Origin: a virus | Length of the DNA: 64,000 nucleotides | Strand: one strand, 5' to 3' | IMG/VR virus record: IMGVR_UViG_3300033153_009458 | Span: 87,142-151,141 of that record | Shown here: one piece after another, positions 56,053-64,000 of the stretch | Layout: each line of letters starts with the position of its first letter | Position numbering within the stretch: the first letter of the stretch is position 1 | The notes under the pieces: generated by a model | Told to the model about the DNA's origin: nothing | What the model saw: only the letters and a program-made list of their open reading frames with translations | The model's database searches: none | Program-made: the position numbers and the translations under genes

Positions 56053-56276
56053 AAATGAAGTGGTTAGTTACTGTTTTAAAAACAGCTGATGTAAAAAACT
56101 TAAAAAACAGCATAGAAAAAGAAGGTGGAGAAATTGACCAGGAAAATGAGTCTATTCCCCTCGAAGAATCAGAAATTGTTTTAAAGGTATCCGGTCCTAG
56201 TGATCTTCCTGATAAATTAAAATCAATTTCAGACATTATAGAAGTTTATCCAGATTCAGAAATGCAGTCTTATTGA
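56049..56276 (+). CDS. Small hypothetical protein
   Basis: SD AAGGAG. Confidence 0.5.
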   Translation: MKMKWLVTVLKTADVKNLKNSIEKEGGEIDQENESIPLEESEIVLKVSGPSDLPDKLKSISDIIEVYPDSEMQSY

Positions 56277-56331
56277 ATAGAATCTGATTGTTTGATTTAT
56301 GTTTCGTAAAAATACAAGATAAGGAAACAAC

Positions 56332-56550
56332 ATGAAATACAAGGTTAGTAATGGATCAATAGTTTTTTATGCACTTGTACAATTTTCTATAATAATATTC
56401 GCATTATATGCTGGATATGCAACTGGAGCAGCTGTTGCATTTATAACAATCCTTTGTTTTTTCTCTGATATTTTTGACATCATAGAAAACTCATTCAAAA
56501 AATTTACAAAAGAAGTAATAATATATAGGATACATAATGAAAATAATTAG
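56332..56550 (+). CDS. Small membrane protein
   Basis: Hydrophobic stretch. Confidence 0.5.
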   Translation: MKYKVSNGSIVFYALVQFSIIIFALYAGYATGAAVAFITILCFFSDIFDIIENSFKKFTKEVIIYRIHNENN

Positions 56551-57532
56551 ACCAAGTTATAAAATCAAGAATCATTCGCCTTATGCTATTATGGTTCGAG
56601 ACATTGAAGAAGTTGCAAGTGTTTCTTACAAATCCGAGCACACCATTGGAAGTTTTGATAAAGCTGAAAAGTTTTTAAAAAATTTAATCCAAAACAAAAA
56701 AGACGAATCAATAATTGAACATCAAACTATCAGTATTAAGTTTGTTGTTGATAGACTTATGAATCAGTATTTAACCCGGAATCTGATAGCCGCGATTAGT
56801 CAAGAACCGAGTCGATGTAATAATTTTACTAATTCAAATGATGGATTAGATAATTATATTACATTCATCAAACCACCGTGGGTTGAAGATTGTGTTTTAC
56901 ATATCAGTGAAACATGCGAACTAGATATAGATTCAACAAAAAAGAGTCGGTGGGATTTTGGTCTGTTAGATGCAGATGAAGATACCGGTTTTCTGTTTGA
57001 TGATATAAGTAAAAAATCATTTGACTTAGATTATTCGACAGGTGTTTGGTTATCAGCATTGAGTGTTGCTGAACATGATTATTTTGATGCTATACAAGGT
57101 GGTTGGTCGCCTGAACAAGCTGAATCTATTTTACCGTTTAATACCAAAAGTGAATTTCGAATGACTTGTAATCTCAGAGAGTGGCGTAATATACTCAGGT
57201 TAAAAACTGATGATTCAGCTCATCCTCAAATACGAGAAATAATGCGACCGCTTTTGGATGAGATGAAAAAGGAATTTCCAGTTTTCTTTGAAGATATTAG
57301 TTACGCGAGTATAACAGAATCAATTTTGTTAGACGATGATTTGATTGTGAAGCTTGCTCAGATGTCAATGGATCAGGATATCACAATCAATGAATTGATT
57401 AATGATATAATGAAAGCAAAAATCCAAGAAGAAAAAGAAAAAGAAGTTGATCCAGGCTTAATCAAAAAAGGTCTGGATGCTCTTAGCAATATTGGATCAC
57501 TTGCAGATATAGCTAGAAGTAAATTAAAATAA
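56537..57532 (+). CDS. ThyX-fold protein with altered catalytic motifs
   Basis: MKII.PS, YKSE, ESIIEH, NLREWR, AHPQIRE are ThyX-like; the RHR motif is changed. Confidence 0.8.
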   Translation: MKIIRPSYKIKNHSPYAIMVRDIEEVASVSYKSEHTIGSFDKAEKFLKNLIQNKKDESIIEHQTISIKFVVDRLMNQYLTRNLIAAISQEPSRCNNFTNSNDGLDNYITFIKPPWVEDCVLHISETCELDIDSTKKSRWDFGLLDADEDTGFLFDDISKKSFDLDYSTGVWLSALSVAEHDYFDAIQGGWSPEQAESILPFNTKSEFRMTCNLREWRNILRLKTDDSAHPQIREIMRPLLDEMKKEFPVFFEDISYASITESILLDDDLIVKLAQMSMDQDITINELINDIMKAKIQEEKEKEVDPGLIKKGLDALSNIGSLADIARSKLK

Positions 57533-58072
57533 ATCTTTGTTTCGATTGATAAAAAACGATCCGGTATCTTGAAAGAATTCTCTCTTCATTGTAGAGATTT
57601 CTTTCAAGAGAAGTGACATTTCTTTATCGTACGAAAATCCGAATCCATCAAATACATTCTTCCAGTAATCGTGATTTTGAAGATTAAAATGTCGGTCGGC
57701 TGGTTTTTTACTGAACGTCAACGCAACATACCTAGCTGATTTGAACGTCTCCATAAAATTTTGTATATATTTTTCTTCGACGTGCTCAAGGAATTCTACT
57801 GACCAGCATAAATCATATGTAGCTTTTAGATATAACGGACCTTGTGTGTAATCATGTATATAACAATTACAATTTCTTTCTATTGTGAAATCACCATCAA
57901 CACCTACAGCATTCAATCCCCTATTTTGTGCCATTTCAACCATTTTACCGGTACCACATCCAATATCAAGAAAAGATGTAATGTTGTATGTCTCGATAAA
58001 ATAATTTAAAATTCCTTGGTCTATATGACAGATATTTCCGTGTCCGCCTAAATGTCGTGGTAAATTATTCAT
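57524..58072 (-). CDS. Class I SAM-dependent methyltransferase
   Basis: LDIGCGTG, GVDG, WSVEFLEHV. Confidence 0.85.
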   Translation of the reverse strand: MNNLPRHLGGHGNICHIDQGILNYFIETYNITSFLDIGCGTGKMVEMAQNRGLNAVGVDGDFTIERNCNCYIHDYTQGPLYLKATYDLCWSVEFLEHVEEKYIQNFMETFKSARYVALTFSKKPADRHFNLQNHDYWKNVFDGFGFSYDKEMSLLLKEISTMKREFFQDTGSFFINRNKDLF

Positions 58073-58075
58073 GTT

Positions 58076-58675
58076 TTAGTTATTTTGTTTTAACCACACG
58101 TTTGGACTTGCTAATTCCCAACCGGGTAGTAGTTCGTCAACTGCTTTTCGTACTCCTAGACATCTTTCGATATCGTCACCGATTAACCATCCACCTTTTT
58201 TTACTTTAGGTTTCCATTGAACTATATCTTGTTTGCAATTGTTATAACTATGATCTGCATCAATAAAAATAAAGTCTAAAGAATCGTTGTGTATTAAGTG
58301 GTGTACTCGATTCGTATATCCCTTGATAATTGTAACTCTATTACCATAATTTTTTGCTTTATTTCTGACATTTAATTCGTATGCTTCATGATCAAATTTA
58401 AATCCATCGTCTGCTTTATTATCTTCCCACGAATCGATTGCAAAAATATGTGTTAAATCAGGACAATTATCTAAAAGCTTAAATAACAATCCACCCACTC
58501 TAACTCCTAATTCAGCACCCTTTACTAATTTATTTTTTTTAATAAAATTTGTAACATAATTTCTGAAATTATGCATCCTTTTATAATACTCTTGATCAAA
58601 ATCTTCATTGTACAACAAAAGTTGATCGTCATCAGGATTTTGCATTTTCTGCTTTAACGTTTTATATTCTCCCAT
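58076..58675 (-). CDS. Methyltransferase (Methyltransf_24-like)
   Basis: ELGV..G, IDSW, DFIFIDADHSY, W..KVK.GG...GDD. Confidence 0.85.
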   Translation of the reverse strand: MGEYKTLKQKMQNPDDDQLLLYNEDFDQEYYKRMHNFRNYVTNFIKKNKLVKGAELGVRVGGLLFKLLDNCPDLTHIFAIDSWEDNKADDGFKFDHEAYELNVRNKAKNYGNRVTIIKGYTNRVHHLIHNDSLDFIFIDADHSYNNCKQDIVQWKPKVKKGGWLIGDDIERCLGVRKAVDELLPGWELASPNVWLKQNN

Positions 58676-59463
58676 ACGGTTCCATTTTTAAATTCTTTTT
58701 CTGTCCATTGACAGTAAGATAAATTATTTAACCATTGATCACGATTAATCTCTTCTGATCTATTCCAATCCTTTAGATCGTGGTACGCAATTGGATAAGC
58801 CATAGACCCTTCATCTAACGCAATAGTTGGTTTTCCTTCTAATAATGATATCACCCCGGCTGTACTGTTAATGGTTACTACACAAACAGCATCTTTAATT
58901 TCTTTTAGAAGTGTATCTTTCTTTTTAAAGTGTTCAGCGTATATTACTGGACCGGGATGCTTACGAAATTTATAAAAAATATTTTGGTATTCGAACCAAT
59001 TAGAAATATTTTGGATTATTACAGCGTGATTCAAATGCGCTAAAGAAGCATCTGTTGAAATCTGTCCGATAACCAATACATATTTACCTTTCGGATTCCA
59101 CGGTTTTTTTAAACCTGACCAATATTTTTTGTATCTGTCGTTTGGTGTGTTTGGTTTGATGTTAAAATCACCCCGATTATTCAAGCCGTTGTACGCAACT
59201 GAAGCCCAATTCAACCGATCACCTAGATAACCTCTTTCAAGAACTATGTGGTTTTGCGCTTTAGTAAATGCCCGTTTGGGTGTTCCGTCTTCTTCAATTT
59301 GACTCCATCCAATAGCTAAATCACTTTCAATAGAGTCACCGTCTAAACGGATTTCATGTGGTACGTTATGCTTTTTTAATCCTTCAGCAAACCAAAAAGG
59401 CCAACTACATGATGCATAACTTCGTATTTCTTTCATTCGTGGAACAGTTATTATTATTTTCAT
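58654..59463 (-). CDS. Capsule-synthesis-like (KpsC/KpsS-related) glycosyltransferase
   Basis: LERGYL, GQ..DAS, RKHP, VVTINSTAG..SL..GKP, QWT..E. Confidence 0.65.
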   Translation of the reverse strand: MKIIITVPRMKEIRSYASCSWPFWFAEGLKKHNVPHEIRLDGDSIESDLAIGWSQIEEDGTPKRAFTKAQNHIVLERGYLGDRLNWASVAYNGLNNRGDFNIKPNTPNDRYKKYWSGLKKPWNPKGKYVLVIGQISTDASLAHLNHAVIIQNISNWFEYQNIFYKFRKHPGPVIYAEHFKKKDTLLKEIKDAVCVVTINSTAGVISLLEGKPTIALDEGSMAYPIAYHDLKDWNRSEEINRDQWLNNLSYCQWTEKEFKNGTVWENIKR

Positions 59464-61409
59464 TGGTGTCTTGCAAGTTCTCTCATAAAGTCTCTCGACA
59501 TTTGTGCGATTTCATCTTCTGGATCTAAATCGAACGGCATAGGTGCAAAATCTGTATCTTCATCATAATCAATATCTGGTAATTTCTCTTCCAAAGGATT
59601 ATCTTTTTTCTCTCTGAGAGATTTGTAATAATCGATTTGTTCTATGTAATCACCGAACATTGTGTGATCAGTCATACTAAAAAGGCATCCGAGCATTGCC
59701 ATTACTAAATCATCTTTATATCCTGTTTCAGCTTTGTAAGAATCTTTCGCTTTGATAAATGTACTTAGTTGTGAAATAGTCTTCTGATCGTGCAAAATTA
59801 ATTTTTTCTTTTCGAATAGTTCTTTTAACCGTAAAGCACCCGCTTTTTTTGTTGACTTGGTTGTTCTGTATCCAAAAGTTCCAGGTTTTTCACTGTATAT
59901 ATTTTCGTATTCGACATCTCTATGCAATTTATCGGCAACGAGTAACCCAACTTGATCATTATTTTCAATAAAAATCCAAGCATAATTATAGTACGATCCG
60001 AGTAATGCGGCTATATCGTGTACATCTGTATAGTGAATTCCAGTTGGAATTTCAACAGATGCAACTTGAACAAACGGCTGAACAGATATATCTATAATTT
60101 GCATAGCCAATGAATCACCGGCTGATTTAATTGTAATTTTTGCTGGATCTAACCCTAAGATATATTCGTGTTTCTCTTGTGGTTCGTGATAAATTTTTAT
60201 GTATTTATCTAATAAACCACTGATCCGCATCAATGGTTTGTACAGTAAAGTCTTTTCTAAACCAATCGGTGTCTTGTAATCTACGTTCTTTAAAAATTCA
60301 GGTGAGATTAACGAATCAGCACTGGCTAGAAATTCACCACCAAATTCTTGAGTAAATTTTCTAAAGCTTGTATTCGCTATTGTTTCTTTTCTCCAGTATC
60401 CCTGAATCGGAGTATAAAAAGTCGATCCATCGTGTTTTGTTTTTTTGTCGATTCCATAGATGTCTTTGATTCCGCTTTGGTCAAAACCAAGCTCGTATCT
60501 GTCATCGTCGTTTGTACAAATATTTCCGTTGTCTACTAAAAGACTTCGAGCTTGTTCTATTGACATGTCCTTTCCGATATTTGTAGTCCTATCGATTAAA
60601 TGGATTTTATCTTTGGCTTGATATTCATCAAATTGTAATCCCGGACATCCGTAAATCGGAACATCCCACCATTCAATCGCTAACGGTTTAAAGAAACTTT
60701 CACCATTAATCGCATCAAACCACATCTCGGAATAATGATTCATACCATTCGGCGTACTAACCAATATAACTTTAGATGTATTCGAAGATGAAATAGTTGG
60801 ATAAGTTGAATTCCAAAATGCGTCAAAAATATTCACAGGAACGAAAGCCACTTCGTCAAGGATCAGTAAACTTACGGCCTTACCCCTGATTGCTGTACTT
60901 GATGTTGAGTAGGCCATTACTCGACTTCCATTTTCGAGCTTGATTTGACCTTCGTTCCATTTAGTGACACCTTGCTGCATCCAGACAGGTAAATTTACGT
61001 AAGCAAGTTTGATCCTTGCGAGTAATTCTTCGGCCTGTTCCGCTTTATCTGCCAGCAAAGCAACTGTTTTTAAATCATTAAAGAGTACATACCAACATAC
61101 AAAAATTTCGAATATTGTTGATTTTCCTGATTGTCTCGGAAACTTCAGAATGTTAAACCGACCCTCTTGAAAATTAATTAATGCTTGTTTTTGGTAATCC
61201 CTTAGCTGAATCTGAATCATACCGTGATCTTGATGGACTATCTTATAGTAGTTCTCAGCAAAATAAAATACATCTTTTTGACACCTGATTAGTTCTTCGA
61301 CTTGATGCTTTGTATACGGGATGGGCTGTCCAGACGATTTTAGATCAGTATTCTTTAAATACGCTAATAAATTGCCGTTTAGATCGTGCGTTAGGGTTGC
61401 ATCTTGCAT
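59460..61409 (-). CDS. 17: Terminase large subunit (gp17-like)
   Basis: PRQSGKS, LDEVAF, STPNGMNH, GLDPA, IENN, DDLVM. Confidence 0.97.
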   Translation of the reverse strand: MQDATLTHDLNGNLLAYLKNTDLKSSGQPIPYTKHQVEELIRCQKDVFYFAENYYKIVHQDHGMIQIQLRDYQKQALINFQEGRFNILKFPRQSGKSTIFEIFVCWYVLFNDLKTVALLADKAEQAEELLARIKLAYVNLPVWMQQGVTKWNEGQIKLENGSRVMAYSTSSTAIRGKAVSLLILDEVAFVPVNIFDAFWNSTYPTISSSNTSKVILVSTPNGMNHYSEMWFDAINGESFFKPLAIEWWDVPIYGCPGLQFDEYQAKDKIHLIDRTTNIGKDMSIEQARSLLVDNGNICTNDDDRYELGFDQSGIKDIYGIDKKTKHDGSTFYTPIQGYWRKETIANTSFRKFTQEFGGEFLASADSLISPEFLKNVDYKTPIGLEKTLLYKPLMRISGLLDKYIKIYHEPQEKHEYILGLDPAKITIKSAGDSLAMQIIDISVQPFVQVASVEIPTGIHYTDVHDIAALLGSYYNYAWIFIENNDQVGLLVADKLHRDVEYENIYSEKPGTFGYRTTKSTKKAGALRLKELFEKKKLILHDQKTISQLSTFIKAKDSYKAETGYKDDLVMAMLGCLFSMTDHTMFGDYIEQIDYYKSLREKKDNPLEEKLPDIDYDEDTDFAPMPFDLDPEDEIAQMSRDFMRELARHQ

Positions 61410-61413
61410 TGTT

Positions 61414-61935
61414 TTAGAGATTAGTATCTTCTTTTATTTGTTTGATTATATCGCTAGTGGTTCCCTGGATGACCGTTGTATTATGTTGAGTAAAAGAGGT
61501 ACCTGATGGTAATTTACCCATGCCTTGTTGAACACTATTTAACTCTTTTACGTTCAACTCGATTTCAGTAATATCCTTAAGCATATTGACCATACCACGT
61601 AACTGTGTGTATATTGTTTGTGATAGTTGAGCAATAGCAGATATTTCACTAGCTTTCATATCGTTCAATTCTAATGTAACAGTTTGTGACATCAAGTTTT
61701 GACCGAAATTAATTATTTGTTGTAACGATTGTTGTGCTAAATCGTACTTTTTCTTTAGTTCAGTAAGTTGAAAAACACTATCCGTCCTTTCAGCTAAAGG
61801 ATATTCTTCGGCTTCTACGATTTCGACATCTAGTATTTCTTCTTTTTCTTGTATTTCATCTAAAGTAGCTTGAGACACATTTAAAATTTCTTCAACTTTT
61901 TTTATACGACCAGCAATTTGCGCTTGTCGATCCAT
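61414..61935 (-). CDS. 16: Terminase small subunit (gp16-like)
   Basis: Helical protein directly upstream of gp17; C-terminal N..VIQGTTSDII. Confidence 0.7.
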   Translation of the reverse strand: MDRQAQIAGRIKKVEEILNVSQATLDEIQEKEEILDVEIVEAEEYPLAERTDSVFQLTELKKKYDLAQQSLQQIINFGQNLMSQTVTLELNDMKASEISAIAQLSQTIYTQLRGMVNMLKDITEIELNVKELNSVQQGMGKLPSGTSFTQHNTTVIQGTTSDIIKQIKEDTNL

Positions 61936-62337
61936 TTATTCTCCTAGGATTTCATACATTGCATCTAACATGATGCTATAAAATTCATCAGGTTCTTCTT
62001 CTAAAATACCAGCTAAATCGAAATCTTCTTCGCCTTCTCCTTCGTGTGAAATCGTTCCTATTTCTTTAATGGATACTCTATCAGCACTATCAAAATATTC
62101 GGGCGTTTCGGGATCTTCTGGTATGTCTGGATTCAATGGTTGAGAATAGTCTTCTATATCCATCACTTCAACGATTGAAATTTCATTTGCTCTTAAAGTC
62201 GAAAAAACGGCATCATTGGCTTCTTCAGGAAACATTACTACACTTTCTATTTCGTATGCTTCTTGATCTAGTACGCCTAAATATAATAGCTCACTTATCG
62301 AGTCTTTAATTACAAATCCTAAATTTAAAAATTCCAT
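61936..62337 (-). CDS. Acidic hypothetical protein
   Basis: ORF with SD AAGGAG. Confidence 0.55.
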   Translation of the reverse strand: MEFLNLGFVIKDSISELLYLGVLDQEAYEIESVVMFPEEANDAVFSTLRANEISIVEVMDIEDYSQPLNPDIPEDPETPEYFDSADRVSIKEIGTISHEGEGEEDFDLAGILEEEPDEFYSIMLDAMYEILGE

Positions 62338-62345
62338 GTTACTCC

Positions 62346-63143
62346 TTAGTAATCAGTAATTGTTGTTTCTATGTCCAAATCTTCAATAGCCGTTTCGACT
62401 GTTGTGGACAATGAGTTTTCTGTTAGTTCGTACGATTGAAATTTAATCGCTGAACCATCAGGTTCTTTGTTATAAAAATTCAGTATAATATCTCGGATTA
62501 GTTTTCCGTCTCTTTTAATATAATAATAATTAATATCTACTGAGAATGATAAAATTGTTTCAAAAATTCGTGGGTCCATTGCGCCGTATTCGTCTTCACC
62601 AGATGGAGTAACACTATTGAGTGTATACACAACCGGTTCAGCATCGAAATTATCTATAAGACGTAATTCGAATGGAAATTGCGGTGTAAAGAAAGGTACT
62701 ATTTGTTCAATGATTTGAAACATATCATCTATCGATTTAGTAAGTACACTGACTTCAACATCTAATTTGTACGGTACAGGTGTGATTGTTCTTGGTAATG
62801 TATCATCAGTTGCTTCTACACCACGAACTTTTTTATATTTGTTTAATTTTCTTTCACCAGCATAAGCCATTGAAGTAACAAAAATAGAAACTCTCGGAAG
62901 AATATTATTGACTGTAACATTTGCATTCGAAAATTTGTTATCATTAACAGCTCTGTAAATATCGAATACACGACTACGATTAGAGTATTGAATAGGTGGT
63001 TGAACCACCGCTTGAATAGCTCCATTCTCATCGTAACGCTCGACAAATATCTTATTCGAAAAGAATTCAATGAATGCTGCAACTGCTTTTCTTGTAATAA
63101 ATCTATGACCGAAGTATTCCAACGGTCTGGATACCATAACCAT
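62346..63143 (-). CDS. 15: Tail sheath stabiliser/terminator (gp15-like)
   Basis: LPRVS, Y...RKLN, PVPY, FQIIEQIVPFFTP. Confidence 0.9.
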   Translation of the reverse strand: MVMVSRPLEYFGHRFITRKAVAAFIEFFSNKIFVERYDENGAIQAVVQPPIQYSNRSRVFDIYRAVNDNKFSNANVTVNNILPRVSIFVTSMAYAGERKLNKYKKVRGVEATDDTLPRTITPVPYKLDVEVSVLTKSIDDMFQIIEQIVPFFTPQFPFELRLIDNFDAEPVVYTLNSVTPSGEDEYGAMDPRIFETILSFSVDINYYYIKRDGKLIRDIILNFYNKEPDGSAIKFQSYELTENSLSTTVETAIEDLDIETTITDY

Positions 63144-63388
63144 TACTTAGTATCTCCTGGTGTTCGTATGCTTTTCTTGATGCACTCTTTACACACAATA
63201 TTTTTACCAGAATAAAGAGCACCCCCTGATTTCTCAGCGGCGGTTTTTCTCCATTTCCCTTTTGCTACTTCTACTTTGACCATTTTTCCGCACGATGAAC
63301 ACGCCACTTCTTTGACGAAAACAGCTGTTGGTTTATCATCATATGTGCCAGCGATACCGGCTTCGAGTATATTTTTAAATGTCTTCAT
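63143..63388 (-). CDS. CTS-leader zinc-ribbon protein
   Basis: MKTFKNILE; CSSC...CKEC. Confidence 0.55.
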   Translation of the reverse strand: MKTFKNILEAGIAGTYDDKPTAVFVKEVACSSCGKMVKVEVAKGKWRKTAAEKSGGALYSGKNIVCKECIKKSIRTPGDTK

Positions 63389-63391
63389 ATT

Positions 63392-63637
63392 TTACCTTAA
63401 TCCTAAATATTCTTGTTCTCTGGTTGCCCATCTCATAACTTCGTCGTTTGAAAGTTTTTTGAAATTATCAAATACCTGATCAGCTTTTTTAGCGGTTTCT
63501 GAATCATCTGATAAACTATCACGTTCAATAGCTGATAATGCATAACTTATACGAAGTTTTTTATTTTTTTTCAATTGTTGTACAGTAGCTATTTTATTTT
63601 CAACTAAATCACATATAATTTTTCTAAATGTCTTCAT
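63392..63637 (-). CDS. Putative internal head protein
   Basis: MKTFRKIICDLVE. Confidence 0.5.
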   Translation of the reverse strand: MKTFRKIICDLVENKIATVQQLKKNKKLRISYALSAIERDSLSDDSETAKKADQVFDNFKKLSNDEVMRWATREQEYLGLR

Positions 63638-64000
63638 CTTCTTCCTGTGATATAAGTCTGTATTTCATCATCGGCTTGCCGTTAATCAGTATATCGCCTT
63701 TTTCGTTTGTATCAATCGACTTGACTGTAATGCGTTTGTTTTTCCATTTACCACCGAGTACGACGTCACCGATTTCAATAGGGACTGTTATAGCTTCTTT
63801 TAAATAAGGTAATTCTGCAAACAGAAATCTTTTATCGATGAATTTTACATCGTATATTCTAAATTCTAACTCATATTTTTCTGGTTCTAGTACACCAACA
63901 TAATTACCAAATTTTTTAAGATTTTCTTTTGTCCAAACAGGATTTTTTATATTATTTTTCTTTACCCAATTCCAAAAATCGTCTTGTTTTGATTTTGCCA
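63624..64000 (-). CDS. Partial gene (5' end outside window)
   Basis: Open frame ...YLKE-AITVPIEIGDVVLGGKWKNK...INGKPMMKYRL..stop at 63624. Confidence 0.6.
   Translation of the reverse strand, partial: AKSKQDDFWNWVKKNNIKNPVWTKENLKKFGNYVGVLEPEKYELEFRIYDVKFIDKRFLFAELPYLKEAITVPIEIGDVVLGGKWKNKRITVKSIDTNEKGDILINGKPMMKYRLISQEEDEDI

Noticed and set aside
59460-61409. Functional intein in the terminase
   Set aside because: No TxxH block or terminal HN-C/S/T junction; kept only as a possible remnant.
1-64000. Stop-codon reassignment
   Set aside because: Core genes are full length in the standard code, TAG and TGA end genes normally, and the tRNA is Trp(CCA), not a suppressor.

Overview
This is a 64-kb segment of an AT-rich, T4-like (gp23-type capsid, contractile tail) large phage. 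The host is probably Gram-negative, since the phage encodes an outer-membrane phospholipase. The recognisable core comprises the clamp/clamp-loader genes (gp45, 44, 62), endonuclease VII, the head genes (gp23, 22, 21, 67/68-like, 20, 2), gp4, gp3, tail tube and sheath (gp19, gp18), terminase (gp17, gp16) and gp15. Also present are tRNA-Trp(CCA), a family of sigma70-type early promoters and TATAAATA late promoters. Accessory islands split the core. The main candidate for an undescribed system is a late operon directly behind the tail-fibre genes (36131-42837). It encodes two paralogous proteins with a shared N-terminal leader-like motif and a core with a strong 4-residue x-[T/S/G]-H-[Y/K/D] register, then two radical-SAM/SPASM-type enzymes, three unknown proteins and a glycosyltransferase. 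This looks like a phage RiPP-like protein-maturation system. A second theme is about 18 proteins carrying a T4 capsid-targeting-like leader (MKTF..(L/I)xE); their payloads include a PARP-like ADP-ribosyltransferase, an alarmone hydrolase, a HAD phosphatase and a zincin protease. Other oddities are OMPLA and a D-to-E pseudo-receiver beside the lysis genes, an Hfq-like protein, a ROSE-like thermometer on hsp20, an orphan BsuBI/PstI-type restriction endonuclease, a ThyX with rewritten catalytic motifs in a QueC/radical-SAM island, and an intein-like remnant in the terminase. All calls come from reading motifs by eye; no database search was run.
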